The notes: a model not told the origin generated them from the letters alone. DNA of 64,000 bases from Chitinophaga pinensis (GCA_945873505.1 CAMCDQ010000007.1:3653-67652), one strand, 5' to 3'; numbered from the stretch's first letter, positions 1 to 10,627 are shown. Made by a program: numbers and translations.

Positions 1-116
1 GCAAGAAAATATGTCTTCCTTCCTAATTGACAAAGGAAATTATATCATTGGTTCTATAACGGGATTGGTTTCAATAATTACTTTTTTGAAACTCATTAAA
101 AACTATTGGATTTAAA

Positions 117-452
117 ATGACCGATAAAAATGATAATTTTTTTGAACGCGTTTATGCTGTTGCCCGACAAATTCCTTACGGAAAAATCACTACCTACGGC
201 GCTATTGCTAAAGTTCTTGGGGCAGCTCGCTCAGCAAGAATGGTAGGTTGGGCAATGAATGCCTCGCATAATTTGGAAGATGTTCCTGCACATCGCGTTG
301 TAAACAGGATTGGATTACTCACAGGAAAACATCATTTTGACGGAACCAATCTCATGCAACAATTACTTGAAAGCGAGGGAATTGAAGTCATTGAGAATCA
401 AATTATTGATTTTGAAAAGCATTTTTGGATGCCTGAAATGGAAAAACAATAG
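117..452 (+). CDS. Alkyltransferase-like (ATL/MGMT family) DNA-binding protein
   Basis: IPYGKITTYGAIA, ARMVGWAM and VPAHRVVN motifs; the MGMT active-site PCHRV reads PAHRV here. Confidence 0.9.
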   Translation: MTDKNDNFFERVYAVARQIPYGKITTYGAIAKVLGAARSARMVGWAMNASHNLEDVPAHRVVNRIGLLTGKHHFDGTNLMQQLLESEGIEVIENQIIDFEKHFWMPEMEKQ

Positions 453-540
453 TATTTTTATTTCAAAAAAGGACTCCTTTTTTATACTTTCAATCTATCT
501 TTGCACTACTAATTTTCCAGTGTCACTTCTTATTTAAAAT

Positions 541-1488
541 ATGCTTCAAGTTCAAAATATCACCTTTGGTTACAATGATAAAAGTGTCATTAAACAAATA
601 GATTTTACAATAAATAAAGTTCAAAATATTGCAATCATTGGCGAAAGCGGTTGTGGAAAAAGTACGCTATTAAAATTGATTTACGGCTTGTACGATTTGA
701 ATGAAGGACAAATTTTTTGGAACGAAACCGAAGTTTTGGGAACAAAATTTAACTTAGTTCCCGGAATGTCTTTTATGAAATACTTGTCACAAGATTTTGA
801 TTTGATGCCCTATATTACCGTTGCCGAGAATGTAGGAAAATATCTGTCCAACGTAAATTTAGAGAAAAAACAACAACGGATAAATGAATTGTTAGAAATT
901 GTTGAAATGACAGAATTTGCTACAGTAAAGGCAAAATACCTTAGTGGCGGACAACAACAAAGAGTAGCTTTGGCAAGAGTTTTGGCATTGGAACCAGAAG
1001 TTTTATTGTTAGACGAGCCGTTCAGTCAAATTGATAATTTCAGAAAAAATGCCTTGCGCAGAAACTTGTTTGCCTATTTAAAATCAAATGGAATTACATG
1101 TATAGTTGCCACGCACGATAGCACCGATTCACTTTCCTTTGCCGATGAAACTATCGTTTTGCAAGATGGAAAATTAATAGCAAAAGCAAATTCATTAGAA
1201 TTATATAAAAAACCATCAAATAAATATATTGCCTCACTTTTTGGTGAAGTAAATGAATTAAAATTATCGCAATTCAAGAAAATCGATGGCGACGACGAAC
1301 TGCTTTTACGCTATCCACATCAATTAAAAGTAGTCGAAAATGGACTATTTAAAGTCATTGTTACGCAATGCTATTTTAAAGGAAGTTATTACTTGATTAA
1401 GGCAGTTGCTAATGGAAAAGTTATTTTCTTTGATCATAATTCGGAATTGAATTTTAAAACAGAAGTTGCTTTAGGACTTCAAGATTAA
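541..1488 (+). CDS. ABC transporter ATP-binding protein (FbpC/PotA-like)
   Basis: Walker A GESGCGKS, LSGGQQQRVALAR signature, Walker B LLLDEPF, H-loop; no permease gene adjacent. Confidence 0.88.
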   Translation: MLQVQNITFGYNDKSVIKQIDFTINKVQNIAIIGESGCGKSTLLKLIYGLYDLNEGQIFWNETEVLGTKFNLVPGMSFMKYLSQDFDLMPYITVAENVGKYLSNVNLEKKQQRINELLEIVEMTEFATVKAKYLSGGQQQRVALARVLALEPEVLLLDEPFSQIDNFRKNALRRNLFAYLKSNGITCIVATHDSTDSLSFADETIVLQDGKLIAKANSLELYKKPSNKYIASLFGEVNELKLSQFKKIDGDDELLLRYPHQLKVVENGLFKVIVTQCYFKGSYYLIKAVANGKVIFFDHNSELNFKTEVALGLQD

Positions 1489-1568
1489 AATAATTTCCGT
1501 TTGTGTCACATTTGCTTAAAAGTATTCTTAATTTAGCATTCAAATAAAACTAATTAATACTCTTAGAT

Positions 1569-2576
1569 ATGTATCATTCTAAAATATCAGGATTGGGATT
1601 TTATGTTCCTGAAAACATAGTTACAAACGATGATTTATCGAAAATTATAGATACAAATGACGATTGGATTCAAGAAAGAACAGGGATTCAAGAACGCCGT
1701 CATATTATCAGGGGACAAGACACTACAACTTCTATGGGCGTGAAAGCTGCTACAATAGCCATTAAACGCTCAGGTCTTTCTAATGATGACATTGATTTTG
1801 TTATTTTTGCAACTTTAAGTCCCGATTATTATTTTCCTGGACCTGGAGTTTTAGTGCAACGCGATTTAGGTTTGAGAACCGTGGGCGCATTAGACGTAAG
1901 AAACCAATGTTCTGGTTTTGTCTATGCTTTATCCGTTGCAGATCAATACATTAAAACAGGAATGTATAAAAATATTTTAGTAATTGGCTCGGAAGTTCAT
2001 TCTACAGGATTGGATATGACTTCTCGTGGTCGGGGCGTTTCTGTTATTTTTGGCGATGGAGCAGGAGCAGCAGTTTTAAGCCGAGAAGAAGATTTGACAA
2101 AAGGAATTTTATCTACTCATTTGCATTCTGAAGGACAACATGCGGAAGAATTAGTGGTCAAAGCACCAGGAATGGGAGGCCGATGGATTACAGATATTAT
2201 TGCTGATAACGACCCAAATGACGAAAGTTATTTCCCCTATATGAACGGTCAATTTGTATTTAAAAATGCTGTAGTACGATTTAGCGAAGTAATTAACGAA
2301 TCGTTGCAAGCCAATAATTTAGACGTTTCGGATATAGACATGTTAATTCCACACCAAGCTAATTTGAGAATTGCGCAGTTTATCCAAAAGAAATTCGGAT
2401 TAACAGACGATCAAGTTTTCAATAATATTCAAAAATACGGAAACACAACGGCTGCATCTATTCCAATTGCTTTGACAGAAGCTTGGGAACAAGGAAAAAT
2501 TAAATCTGGAGATACGGTTGTTTTAGCGGCTTTTGGAAGTGGATTTACTTGGGCAAGCGCTATAATAAAATGGTAA
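1569..2576 (+). CDS. fabH: 3-oxoacyl-ACP synthase III
   Basis: Catalytic QCSGF, IPHQAN and YGNTTAAS; FGDGAGA; FGSGFTW. Confidence 0.93.
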   Translation: MYHSKISGLGFYVPENIVTNDDLSKIIDTNDDWIQERTGIQERRHIIRGQDTTTSMGVKAATIAIKRSGLSNDDIDFVIFATLSPDYYFPGPGVLVQRDLGLRTVGALDVRNQCSGFVYALSVADQYIKTGMYKNILVIGSEVHSTGLDMTSRGRGVSVIFGDGAGAAVLSREEDLTKGILSTHLHSEGQHAEELVVKAPGMGGRWITDIIADNDPNDESYFPYMNGQFVFKNAVVRFSEVINESLQANNLDVSDIDMLIPHQANLRIAQFIQKKFGLTDDQVFNNIQKYGNTTAASIPIALTEAWEQGKIKSGDTVVLAAFGSGFTWASAIIKW

Positions 2577-2595
2577 ATAAGTGTATTATATAGAT

Positions 2596-3528
2596 TTAGC
2601 TATTTTTAATGATATAAGAAATAGCTGCCTCTTTATCTTCTTGAATTTGGTTTTTTAATAATTCAATTGAATCGAATTTTTGTTCCTCACGAATACTCTC
2701 CAAAACAGAAATTTCTATATTTGAGTGGTATAAATCGCCGTCAAAATCAATAAAATGGACTTCAATAGATAATTTTTCTCCATTTACTGTTGGATTTGTT
2801 CCAATGTTCAGTATTCCAAAAACTGTTTTTTTATTGATGGTACTTTTCACAATGTAAACACCATTTTTAGGAATAAGTTTATATTCTTCTTCAATTTTTA
2901 GGTTGGCAGTTGGAAAACCAATAGTTCTGCCCAATTGTTTCCCTTTTATTACTGTTCCGTTTAAAACGTATGTATAACCCAAATATTCATTGGCTAAAGC
3001 CATATGCCCGTTCAGAATAGCATTTCTAATTTTAGTAGAACTTATCGAAACATCATCAATTTCTTGAGCGGATATTTGCTCTACTTCAAAATTATATTGC
3101 TTGCCATAAAGAATTAAATCGTCAATGTTGGCCGATCGATTTCGTCCAAAGCGATGGTCGTAACCGATAATAATTTTCTGGATATTTAAAGCATCTACTA
3201 ATATTGTTTTTACAAATTCTTCAGCAGTTAATATAGAAAATTCTTTGTCAAAAGGGTGAATTATTAAATTGCTAAGTCCCATTTTTTCAAGCAAATTACT
3301 TTTTTCTTCAATTGTATTGAGCAGCTTAATTTCAGAATTTTCTTGCAAAACCATTCTCGGGTGTGGGAAAAAGGTAAGAATTAAACTTTCACAATTGTAA
3401 TCTACAGCATTTTGAATTAATTTTTCAATGATTTTTTGATGACCAATATGAACGCCGTCAAAAGTGCCAATGGTAACAATGGTTTTTTTTGTTGGTTTGA
3501 AATCGTTTATGAAGTTAAAAATTTTCAA
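2596..3528 (-). CDS. ribF: Bifunctional riboflavin kinase/FAD synthetase
   Basis: IGTFDGVHIGH, GYDHRFG, ISSTKIR, GRTIGFPTAN, IEVH; TTG start. Confidence 0.96.
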   Translation of the reverse strand: MKIFNFINDFKPTKKTIVTIGTFDGVHIGHQKIIEKLIQNAVDYNCESLILTFFPHPRMVLQENSEIKLLNTIEEKSNLLEKMGLSNLIIHPFDKEFSILTAEEFVKTILVDALNIQKIIIGYDHRFGRNRSANIDDLILYGKQYNFEVEQISAQEIDDVSISSTKIRNAILNGHMALANEYLGYTYVLNGTVIKGKQLGRTIGFPTANLKIEEEYKLIPKNGVYIVKSTINKKTVFGILNIGTNPTVNGEKLSIEVHFIDFDGDLYHSNIEISVLESIREEQKFDSIELLKNQIQEDKEAAISYIIKNS

Positions 3529-3575
3529 GAAATTGAGTTTTATAAAGGTGCAAATTTATGTTAATAATTGCATAT

Positions 3576-3608
3576 AAAAAAAGGGGATTGAACAAATTCA
3601 ATCCCCTT
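3576..3608 (-). terminator. Intrinsic terminator of the M43 protease gene
   Basis: 12-bp stem aaggggattgaa/ttcaatcccctt with U-tract on the minus strand. Confidence 0.8.
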
Positions 3609-3631
3609 ATCCTATATTATTTGAAATAAAT

Positions 3632-5725
3632 CTATTCTTTTATAAAACGCACTATTTTTTTCTCGTTTCCTTTTTCAACAGTAATAAAATAAACACCTTT
3701 GCTAAATGCTGAAGTATTTATTGATAGATCATTTTCTGAACTCACTACTTTGTGTTGAACAGTTTGTCCTAAATAATTGGTAATTGTATAGTTATTAGGC
3801 AATCCAAATTCAGTTGGCACTGAAATATTTAAAATTCCTTTTGTTGGATTTGGATAAACATAAATACTATTTGGAGTTTCAAAATCAGTGTTTTCTAATA
3901 AGTTTATTCCAAAGCTTTTTACTTCTGATGCGCTAAATGAAGCTCCAGATGCTAAGGTGACTAAACCATTTGAAGATTTAATGTTATAATAACCATTTCC
4001 ATAAGTACAACAAATACCATCAGAATAGGAATCATTGATTGTAAATGTATAACAATCATTTGTTGGAAGTGTCCAGTTTTGAGTTAATAAAGCAGGAAGA
4101 GTTGTTCCTCTAGCGTTAGTATAGGTTACGCTACTATATAATATTGTTCCGGCACTATTTTTTAGATTCCAAGAAGTTTCACTAGCAAATAAATCTTTCT
4201 GCAAGTTAAATTCAACATCAGTTGCATTGTGGTTTGGAGCTATTTCAAAAGGTTTAGTAAAAGTATTGTTGGTTGTATTTTGATCTAATACGGTATTCAC
4301 TTTGGTAAGTGTTGCGTTAAAATTATGAGCACCAGAAGTTGCAGTTCCATTTATTGTTACAATAGTAGAAACACCCGTTGCGATACTTCCAGTCCAGTTG
4401 TAAGTTTGGTTTGTTCCACCATCAACATTATAAGTAATTTCTGCAGAAGTCAAATTTGTTGTACCTCTGTTTGTTAAAGTAACTGCCGCGCTGTAAGTAG
4501 AGCTACAACCTACAACTGTTGCAGTAACTGTGCTTAAAGTTCCATCTAAACCATAAACTTGACCTGGTGTACAACCATTTGATGAAGATAAGGTACTGCG
4601 ATTAACGCAATTTGTCATTACAGCTACCATTCTAGCTTTTTGTCCTGCTGTAAAAGTGTTCATACAAGCGTCGTTGGTGTAATCCATATAGTTTTCCACC
4701 ATGTCGTTACCGGTACAGTTTTGAACAACTACACAAGTATAATTTTCTACATTTGAATCTGGTGTGTCAGCTACATAATCACCAGTTGATGTATCCGCAC
4801 CAGTACATTGAGCATCATCTCCCCAAATATGGTATAATCCAATCCAGTGACCAACTTCATGCGACATTGTTCGACCTAAATTATACGTTGGATTCAGTAC
4901 AAACGAACCGTCGTTTACAGCATTTGTACCAAAAACGTCATAACCTGCAACGACACCATCGGTATTTGAACTGCCTCCATTTGTGCTCAATCCTTCAAGA
5001 CCAGAAGTAGTTGCTGGTAGGGTTGAAGGGCGAGATGGAAACTGAGCGTAACCTAATAAAGAGGTATTCGTAAAACGAACAGTCCACATGTTTAAATATC
5101 TTGTTGGATCCCACTGAGTTTGTGGCTTTACAGTTGAATTGATAGCAGAAGTTGACCAGCTAGCGCTTCCTAAATTTACACGATCAACGCCATCACTTGC
5201 ATTTCCAAAAGGATCTCTTTGGGCTAAGCAAAAATTAACCTCACAATCTACGCCTAAATTGTATCCTGTAGAACCATTACCTGGTGTTCCAACAAGTCTC
5301 CTAAAATCTTGGTTCATTACTGTGATTTGAGAAACGGCTTGTGCATATGAAATGTTCTCGCTTGTATGAGAAGCTACGGTATTAATGGCATCTCCATTGT
5401 GTATTACATGAATAACAACAGGAATATTAAAGACCGTTTGAGGGGTTCTGCCATTTATTGCATCTTGTTTTTGCTTTTCAATGATTGGTCCTATCCAAGC
5501 TTCAAACTGTTCTTTGTTTAATCTTTTAGGATTGTTTTCTTGAAGATAATCTTCATATTCTTTAGAGGCACATCTTATGTATCCGTTTTCTGGATTAATA
5601 TTATTTTGTTTTACTGGTTTACCAAAGAGGGTTTGTTCAATTTGTTTTTTTTGGCTAAATATTTGATTTGCAGTTGTAAAGCAAAGTAAAATAAGTAGCA
5701 TTTTTAATGTAATTGTTTTTTTCAT
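3632..5725 (-). CDS. T9SS-secreted M43 (pappalysin/ulilysin-like) zinc metalloprotease
   Basis: Signal peptide; cysteine-switch-like IRCAS; HEVGHWIGLYH zinc motif; ENYMDY Met-turn; Ig-like domains; C-terminal VYPNP...GVYFITV type A CTD. Confidence 0.92.
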   Translation of the reverse strand: MKKTITLKMLLILLCFTTANQIFSQKKQIEQTLFGKPVKQNNINPENGYIRCASKEYEDYLQENNPKRLNKEQFEAWIGPIIEKQKQDAINGRTPQTVFNIPVVIHVIHNGDAINTVASHTSENISYAQAVSQITVMNQDFRRLVGTPGNGSTGYNLGVDCEVNFCLAQRDPFGNASDGVDRVNLGSASWSTSAINSTVKPQTQWDPTRYLNMWTVRFTNTSLLGYAQFPSRPSTLPATTSGLEGLSTNGGSSNTDGVVAGYDVFGTNAVNDGSFVLNPTYNLGRTMSHEVGHWIGLYHIWGDDAQCTGADTSTGDYVADTPDSNVENYTCVVVQNCTGNDMVENYMDYTNDACMNTFTAGQKARMVAVMTNCVNRSTLSSSNGCTPGQVYGLDGTLSTVTATVVGCSSTYSAAVTLTNRGTTNLTSAEITYNVDGGTNQTYNWTGSIATGVSTIVTINGTATSGAHNFNATLTKVNTVLDQNTTNNTFTKPFEIAPNHNATDVEFNLQKDLFASETSWNLKNSAGTILYSSVTYTNARGTTLPALLTQNWTLPTNDCYTFTINDSYSDGICCTYGNGYYNIKSSNGLVTLASGASFSASEVKSFGINLLENTDFETPNSIYVYPNPTKGILNISVPTEFGLPNNYTITNYLGQTVQHKVVSSENDLSINTSAFSKGVYFITVEKGNEKKIVRFIKE

Positions 5726-5816
5726 AAAAAAATAGTTTAATTAGGGATTACAAAAATAACAAATTTTACTAATTCTAGTTAATCATTATCGAATAATATT
5801 TTCTCAATATTTTATA

Positions 5817-5848
5817 TAAAAAGGGATTGTTTTATAGCAGTCCCTTTT
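5817..5848 (-). terminator. Orphan terminator-like hairpin upstream of the M43 gene
   Basis: aagggattg/cagtccctt stem with A-tract on its left; resembles the hairpin at 3576-3608. Confidence 0.5.
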
Positions 5849-6060
5849 ATTTTATATTGAATACACAGTCGGGATTAGTAATTTATTGGCACAACTTTCT
5901 CTTTATCCTGATTTTTGATGGTTTTAATTATAATTTGATAAATTTCACATCAAAGATTTACTATTAATAATATATTTATAAAACTGCACATTTAAATCAT
6001 TCAATTTAATGGGATTTGTATAGAATTACTTAATTTTGCGCACTTATATTTATAAATCAT

Positions 6061-7401
6061 TTGATGCAAAAGTCACTCAAAATTGCAATTGTTGGTTCTG
6101 GATTAGTCGGATCGCTATTGGCAATTTATCTCAAAAAAGCAGGTCATACCGTCCATGTTTATGATAGAAGTCCGGATATTCGTAAAATCCGATTTTCTGG
6201 GCGATCTATAAACTTGGCAATGTCTAATCGGGGTTGGAAAGCCCTCGAAGGCGTTGGAATTGGTGACAAAGTTAGAGAAATTGCTATTGCAATGGACAAA
6301 CGTGCCATTCACCTTGTGGACAAACTCAATTTTCAAAATTACGGTCAAGAAGGACAGAGTATCTATTCAATTTCAAGGGGAGCATTGAACAGAAAAATGA
6401 TTGATTTGGCCGAACAAGCTGGAGCGGAATTCTTTTTTGAACAGAAAATTTGGGATGTTACCTTGTCAACTGCAACCTTACATATTGGAGAACAAGAGCG
6501 TGGCGAGTGGGAAGAATTGAAGTTTGATATGGTTTTTGGCGCCGATGGTGCTTTTTCAAGAATCCGTCATAGAATGCAACGCCAAAGTATGTTCAACTAT
6601 TCGCAAGAATTTTTAAACACAGGTTACAAAGAATTAAATATTCCTGCAAATCCTGACGGAACGCATAAATTAGATAAAAATTCGTTTCATATTTGGCCTC
6701 GAGGGAAATACATGTTAATCGCCTTGCCCAATTTAGACGGAAGTTTTACTTGTACTTTATTTATGCCATTTGAAGGTGAAAATTCTTTCGCCTCTTTAAC
6801 AGATAGAAAATTGGTTGAAGCATTTTTCGAGAAAAACTTACCCGATACGATTGATGTAATTCCAAATTTAACCGAAGATTTCTTCGCAAATCCAACGAGT
6901 ACTTTGGTTACAATGAAATGTTTTCCTTGGACGTATGAAGATAAAGTCGCATTAATTGGCGATGCTTCTCATGCGATTGTGCCGTTTTACGGTCAAGGTA
7001 TGAATGCGGGTTTTGAAGATATTTCGGTTTTATATGAATTGATGAACCAATATGGCGACGATTGGAAAACAATTTTTTCAGAATATGAAAAATCTCGAAA
7101 ACCCAATGCCGATGCTATTGCCGAATTATCCTATCGTAATTTTATGGAAATGAGTTCGAAAACTGCCGATGAAAAATTTATCTTACAGAAAAAAATCGAA
7201 AAACATTTTGCCGAAAAACATCCCGAAAAATGGTTGCCTTTGTATGATAGAGTAACATTTAGTCACCGTCCTTATTCTGAAGCTTTGGCGATTGGCGATT
7301 TTCAAAATGCAATTATGGAAGAAATTCTGAAAATTGATAATATTGAGAATATTTGGGACAGTGAAGAAATTGAATATAAAATTTTAAACTTATTGGTATA
7401 A
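6061..7401 (+). CDS. kmo: Kynurenine 3-monooxygenase (FAD-dependent)
   Basis: GSGLVG FAD motif, GRSINLAMSNRG, GADGAFS, HIWPRG, GDASHAIVPFYGQGMNAGFED; start may be ATG at 6064. Confidence 0.93.
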   Translation: MMQKSLKIAIVGSGLVGSLLAIYLKKAGHTVHVYDRSPDIRKIRFSGRSINLAMSNRGWKALEGVGIGDKVREIAIAMDKRAIHLVDKLNFQNYGQEGQSIYSISRGALNRKMIDLAEQAGAEFFFEQKIWDVTLSTATLHIGEQERGEWEELKFDMVFGADGAFSRIRHRMQRQSMFNYSQEFLNTGYKELNIPANPDGTHKLDKNSFHIWPRGKYMLIALPNLDGSFTCTLFMPFEGENSFASLTDRKLVEAFFEKNLPDTIDVIPNLTEDFFANPTSTLVTMKCFPWTYEDKVALIGDASHAIVPFYGQGMNAGFEDISVLYELMNQYGDDWKTIFSEYEKSRKPNADAIAELSYRNFMEMSSKTADEKFILQKKIEKHFAEKHPEKWLPLYDRVTFSHRPYSEALAIGDFQNAIMEEILKIDNIENIWDSEEIEYKILNLLV

Positions 7402-7627
7402 TATTTAATTATCGTATTGCTTTTCCGAATACTAATTAAGATTTAAATAGCGTTTAAATCAATATTAAAGTACTTTAAGTAATTAAATTTAAGAACAATT
7501 CAATCGTTTTCGAAGTTTCAAATAGTTATTTATAATTATACATACTAAATATATTTAAATTAACGTTTTAGTTTTACGAAACAATTGTAATTACTCTTAA
7601 AAATTTGCTTTTTATTTAATAATGTAC

Positions 7628-7650
7628 AATTATCATAATTAATGATAATT
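7628..7650. promoter_or_regulatory. Candidate operator palindrome upstream of the exbB operon
   Basis: Perfect inverted repeat AATTATCAT-N5-ATGATAATT, about 40 bp upstream of a TAAATTTG -7 box at 7688-7695. Confidence 0.4.
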
Positions 7651-7764
7651 TAATGTAAAAAATATTTTTTTATTTGAACTAAAAAATTAAATTTGCTCTT
7701 GCTCAATTTTATAGCAACTATAGAAATCAAAAAAATTATTTAAAATTATCAAAAATTAAAAAAA

Positions 7765-8583
7765 ATGGCAAACGTTAAAAAAGAAAGTGGTTCAAAAGTA
7801 GGAGGTATGATCTCTGGAATCATAATTGTTGCATGTGTATTTGTAGGTTATTTAGTATGGTCTCTATTAATGGGAGATGCATCAAACTTTGAAGGTGGAG
7901 ACAGTGAAAAAGGACATCCATTGAATACATTAGGAATGGTTTACAAAGGTGGATTTATAGTTCCAGTATTATTAGGAATGTTACTAATGGTAATTGTGTT
8001 TTCTTTTGAGCGTTTTGCAGTAATTTCAAAAGCAGCTGGAAAAGGAAACTTAGATACTTTTATGAAAAGCGTTCAGTCTAGTGTGAAAGATGGAAAAATT
8101 GAAGATGCAATCGCTACTTGTGACAAACAAGAAGGTTCTGTTGCAAATTCAATTAAATCTGCTTTATTGAAATACCAAGACGTTAAAAAAGAAGGATTCA
8201 ATAGCGAAGATGCCGCAGAAACAATTCACAAAGAAATTGAAGAAGCAACTTCACTTGAAATGCCAATGTTAGAAAAAAATATGACTATCATTTCTTCATT
8301 AGTTTCTTTAGGAACATTAGGAGGTTTGTTAGGAACAGTATCAGGGATGATTAAAGCGTTTGGTGCATTAGCATCAGCTGGCACTCCAGACCAAGCAGCT
8401 CTTGCTACTGGTATTTCTGAAGCATTAATCAACACTGCAACTGGTATTTCTACTTCAGTTTTAGCAATTATCGCTTACAACTTCTTTACTTCTAAAATTG
8501 ACGATTTGACGTACTCTATTGATGAGGCAGGTACAACAATTGTAAATACTTACAGAAAATTCAGAGGTAGCTTGAAACAATAA
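7765..8583 (+). CDS. exbB: MotA/TolQ/ExbB proton channel protein
   Basis: TM helices; GTLGGLLGTVSGMIKAF; GISEALINTATG. Confidence 0.93.
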   Translation: MANVKKESGSKVGGMISGIIIVACVFVGYLVWSLLMGDASNFEGGDSEKGHPLNTLGMVYKGGFIVPVLLGMLLMVIVFSFERFAVISKAAGKGNLDTFMKSVQSSVKDGKIEDAIATCDKQEGSVANSIKSALLKYQDVKKEGFNSEDAAETIHKEIEEATSLEMPMLEKNMTIISSLVSLGTLGGLLGTVSGMIKAFGALASAGTPDQAALATGISEALINTATGISTSVLAIIAYNFFTSKIDDLTYSIDEAGTTIVNTYRKFRGSLKQ

Positions 8584-8617
8584 TTTTTGATTTTTAAATC
8601 AAATAATATATAAAATA

Positions 8618-9229
8618 ATGGCTAAAATAAAAATGAAAAAAAAGTCAACATCGACGGACATGACCGCGATGTGTGATGTAGCTTTCTTATTGCTTACTTT
8701 CTTTATTTTGACAGCTACAGCAAAAGTGCCTGAGGCATTGCCTGTAGATACGCCTGCTTCAACAGTGCAAACAAAATTGCCTGAAACAGATTTGGCAACG
8801 ATTACTATAGGAAAAGGAAAAGTATTTTTTGACCTAAAAGGAAGAGAAGTTCGTAAAAGAGCACTTCAATTAATGGGTGATAAATACGGAATTAAATTCA
8901 CTCAAGACGAAATGGATAAATTTGCTTTAATGGAAGGATTTGGAGTGCCAATTCAAAGTTTAAGTCAAATTATTGCAATGAAAGCTGCAGATAGAACCAA
9001 GGCAGAACAGCCGGGAGTACCTAAAGATTCTTTGGACAATCAATTGAAAGAATGGATTTATAATTCTCGTATTGCGAATATTGAAAACAATGACAAAGAA
9101 TTGCAAATTGCTATTAAAGGAGATGCAAAAGAAGAATATCCAGCCATCAGAAAAGTTATGGATATTTTACAAGACCAAAAAATCAATAGCTTTAGCTTGG
9201 TTACTGGTTTAAGAGGAAAAGATTTTTAA
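8618..9229 (+). CDS. exbD: ExbD/TolR family protein
   Basis: DMTAMCDVAFLLLTFFIL with conserved Asp; IKGD...YP C-terminal domain. Confidence 0.92.
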   Translation: MAKIKMKKKSTSTDMTAMCDVAFLLLTFFILTATAKVPEALPVDTPASTVQTKLPETDLATITIGKGKVFFDLKGREVRKRALQLMGDKYGIKFTQDEMDKFALMEGFGVPIQSLSQIIAMKAADRTKAEQPGVPKDSLDNQLKEWIYNSRIANIENNDKELQIAIKGDAKEEYPAIRKVMDILQDQKINSFSLVTGLRGKDF

Positions 9230-9248
9230 TTAAAAAAGAGACACTACA

Positions 9249-9800
9249 ATGGCTGAATTAAATACCGACGGCGGTGGCGACAAAGGTGGAAAAGTAAGAA
9301 GTAAAAAGCAAAATTCAAAAGTAGATTTAACTGCTATGGTGGATTTAGCGTTCTTGCTAATTACATTTTTTATGCTAACAACCACGTTGTCAAAACCACA
9401 ATCCATGAGTTTGGGGTTGCCAGATAAAGATGAGGATCCGACTAAAAATAAAGATGTTAAAGTTGACGAAAATCGAACAATGACTATTTTGTTGGGAGAT
9501 AATGATAAATTGGTTCGTTATGTAGGATTATTAGCTACACCAGTTGCTGGAGGAACGCCGAAAGACTTTGTGTATGGAAAAGAGGGTATCAGAAAAGAAC
9601 TTATCGATAGAAAAAAGAAAGTACTTGAATATACAGGAAATAAAGACAAAGGAATAATTGTAATCATTAAGCCAAGTAAGAAATCCAATTACAGAAACTT
9701 AATTGATATTCTTGATGAAATGGCAATTGTAGACGTACCAACCTATGCAATTGTTAACGATTTTTCGCCTGAAGAAACAAAATTGTTAGAAGGAAAATAA
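9249..9800 (+). CDS. exbD: Second ExbD/TolR family protein
   Basis: DLTAMVDLAFLLITFFML; SNYRNLIDILDEM. Confidence 0.92.
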   Translation: MAELNTDGGGDKGGKVRSKKQNSKVDLTAMVDLAFLLITFFMLTTTLSKPQSMSLGLPDKDEDPTKNKDVKVDENRTMTILLGDNDKLVRYVGLLATPVAGGTPKDFVYGKEGIRKELIDRKKKVLEYTGNKDKGIIVIIKPSKKSNYRNLIDILDEMAIVDVPTYAIVNDFSPEETKLLEGK

Positions 9801-9841
9801 GAGCATTCTTAATACCCAATAACCTAATAATTAAGAAAAAG

Positions 9842-10627
9842 ATGAAATTAGATTTAATAAAAGACCAATGGCTTGAAATTGTTTTTGAAGGACGAAATAA
9901 AGTTTATGGTGCCTATGAATTAAGAAAATCAAATCAGAAAACTACTGTAAGAGCGCTTATAATAGGTTCGGTTTTGTTTGGTCTTGCTGTAGCAATGCCG
10001 TTACTTATAAATATGATACCAGATTCTCAAGACGATGCCAGCTTAGATACTAAAATTACTACGGTTAAATTACCACCTAAGGAAAAACCGAAAGAAAATA
10101 TTCCGCCACCGCCACCGCCACCACCAAAAGTGGATCAAGTAAAATTTGTGAAACCGGTAGTTGCTAAGGCAGAAGAAGTAGTAGAAGAACCGCCAAAAAT
10201 TGTTGAAATTAAAGACAAGAAATTAGGTGCTGAAACTATTAAAGGTGATCCAGATGCTGAATTAACAGTGGAGCCTGTTGGAAATGGTCCTGCGGATATT
10301 GTGGATGATAATAATATCTACAACACAGCAGGTATTGAAGTAAAACCAGATTTCCCAGGAGGAATGGCTAAATTCTACAAATTTGTAGGAAATAACTACA
10401 GAACACCAGAAGAAGAAGGTCTTGCAGGAAAAGTTTACGTAACATTTGTTGTAGAAAAAGACGGTTCATTAACAGATATTAAAGTAACAAGAGATATTGG
10501 TTATGGAACAGGAAAAGAAGCTATTCGCGTTTTGAAATCGTGTCCAAAATGGAATCCAGGAGAGCAAAATGGTAAGAAAGTGAGAGTACTTTATTCGCTA
10601 CCGATTACTATTCAATCTGCAGAATAA
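9842..10627 (+). CDS. tonB: Energy transducer TonB
   Basis: N-terminal FEGRNKVYGAYELR, single TM, Pro-rich PPPPPPP linker, TonB-C domain (FPGG, VTFVVEKDG, KWNPG). Confidence 0.92.
   Translation: MKLDLIKDQWLEIVFEGRNKVYGAYELRKSNQKTTVRALIIGSVLFGLAVAMPLLINMIPDSQDDASLDTKITTVKLPPKEKPKENIPPPPPPPPKVDQVKFVKPVVAKAEEVVEEPPKIVEIKDKKLGAETIKGDPDAELTVEPVGNGPADIVDDNNIYNTAGIEVKPDFPGGMAKFYKFVGNNYRTPEEEGLAGKVYVTFVVEKDGSLTDIKVTRDIGYGTGKEAIRVLKSCPKWNPGEQNGKKVRVLYSLPITIQSAE

Noticed and set aside
7628-7650. Canonical Fur box
   Set aside because: The half-sites are in reversed order relative to the consensus; kept only as an unassigned palindrome
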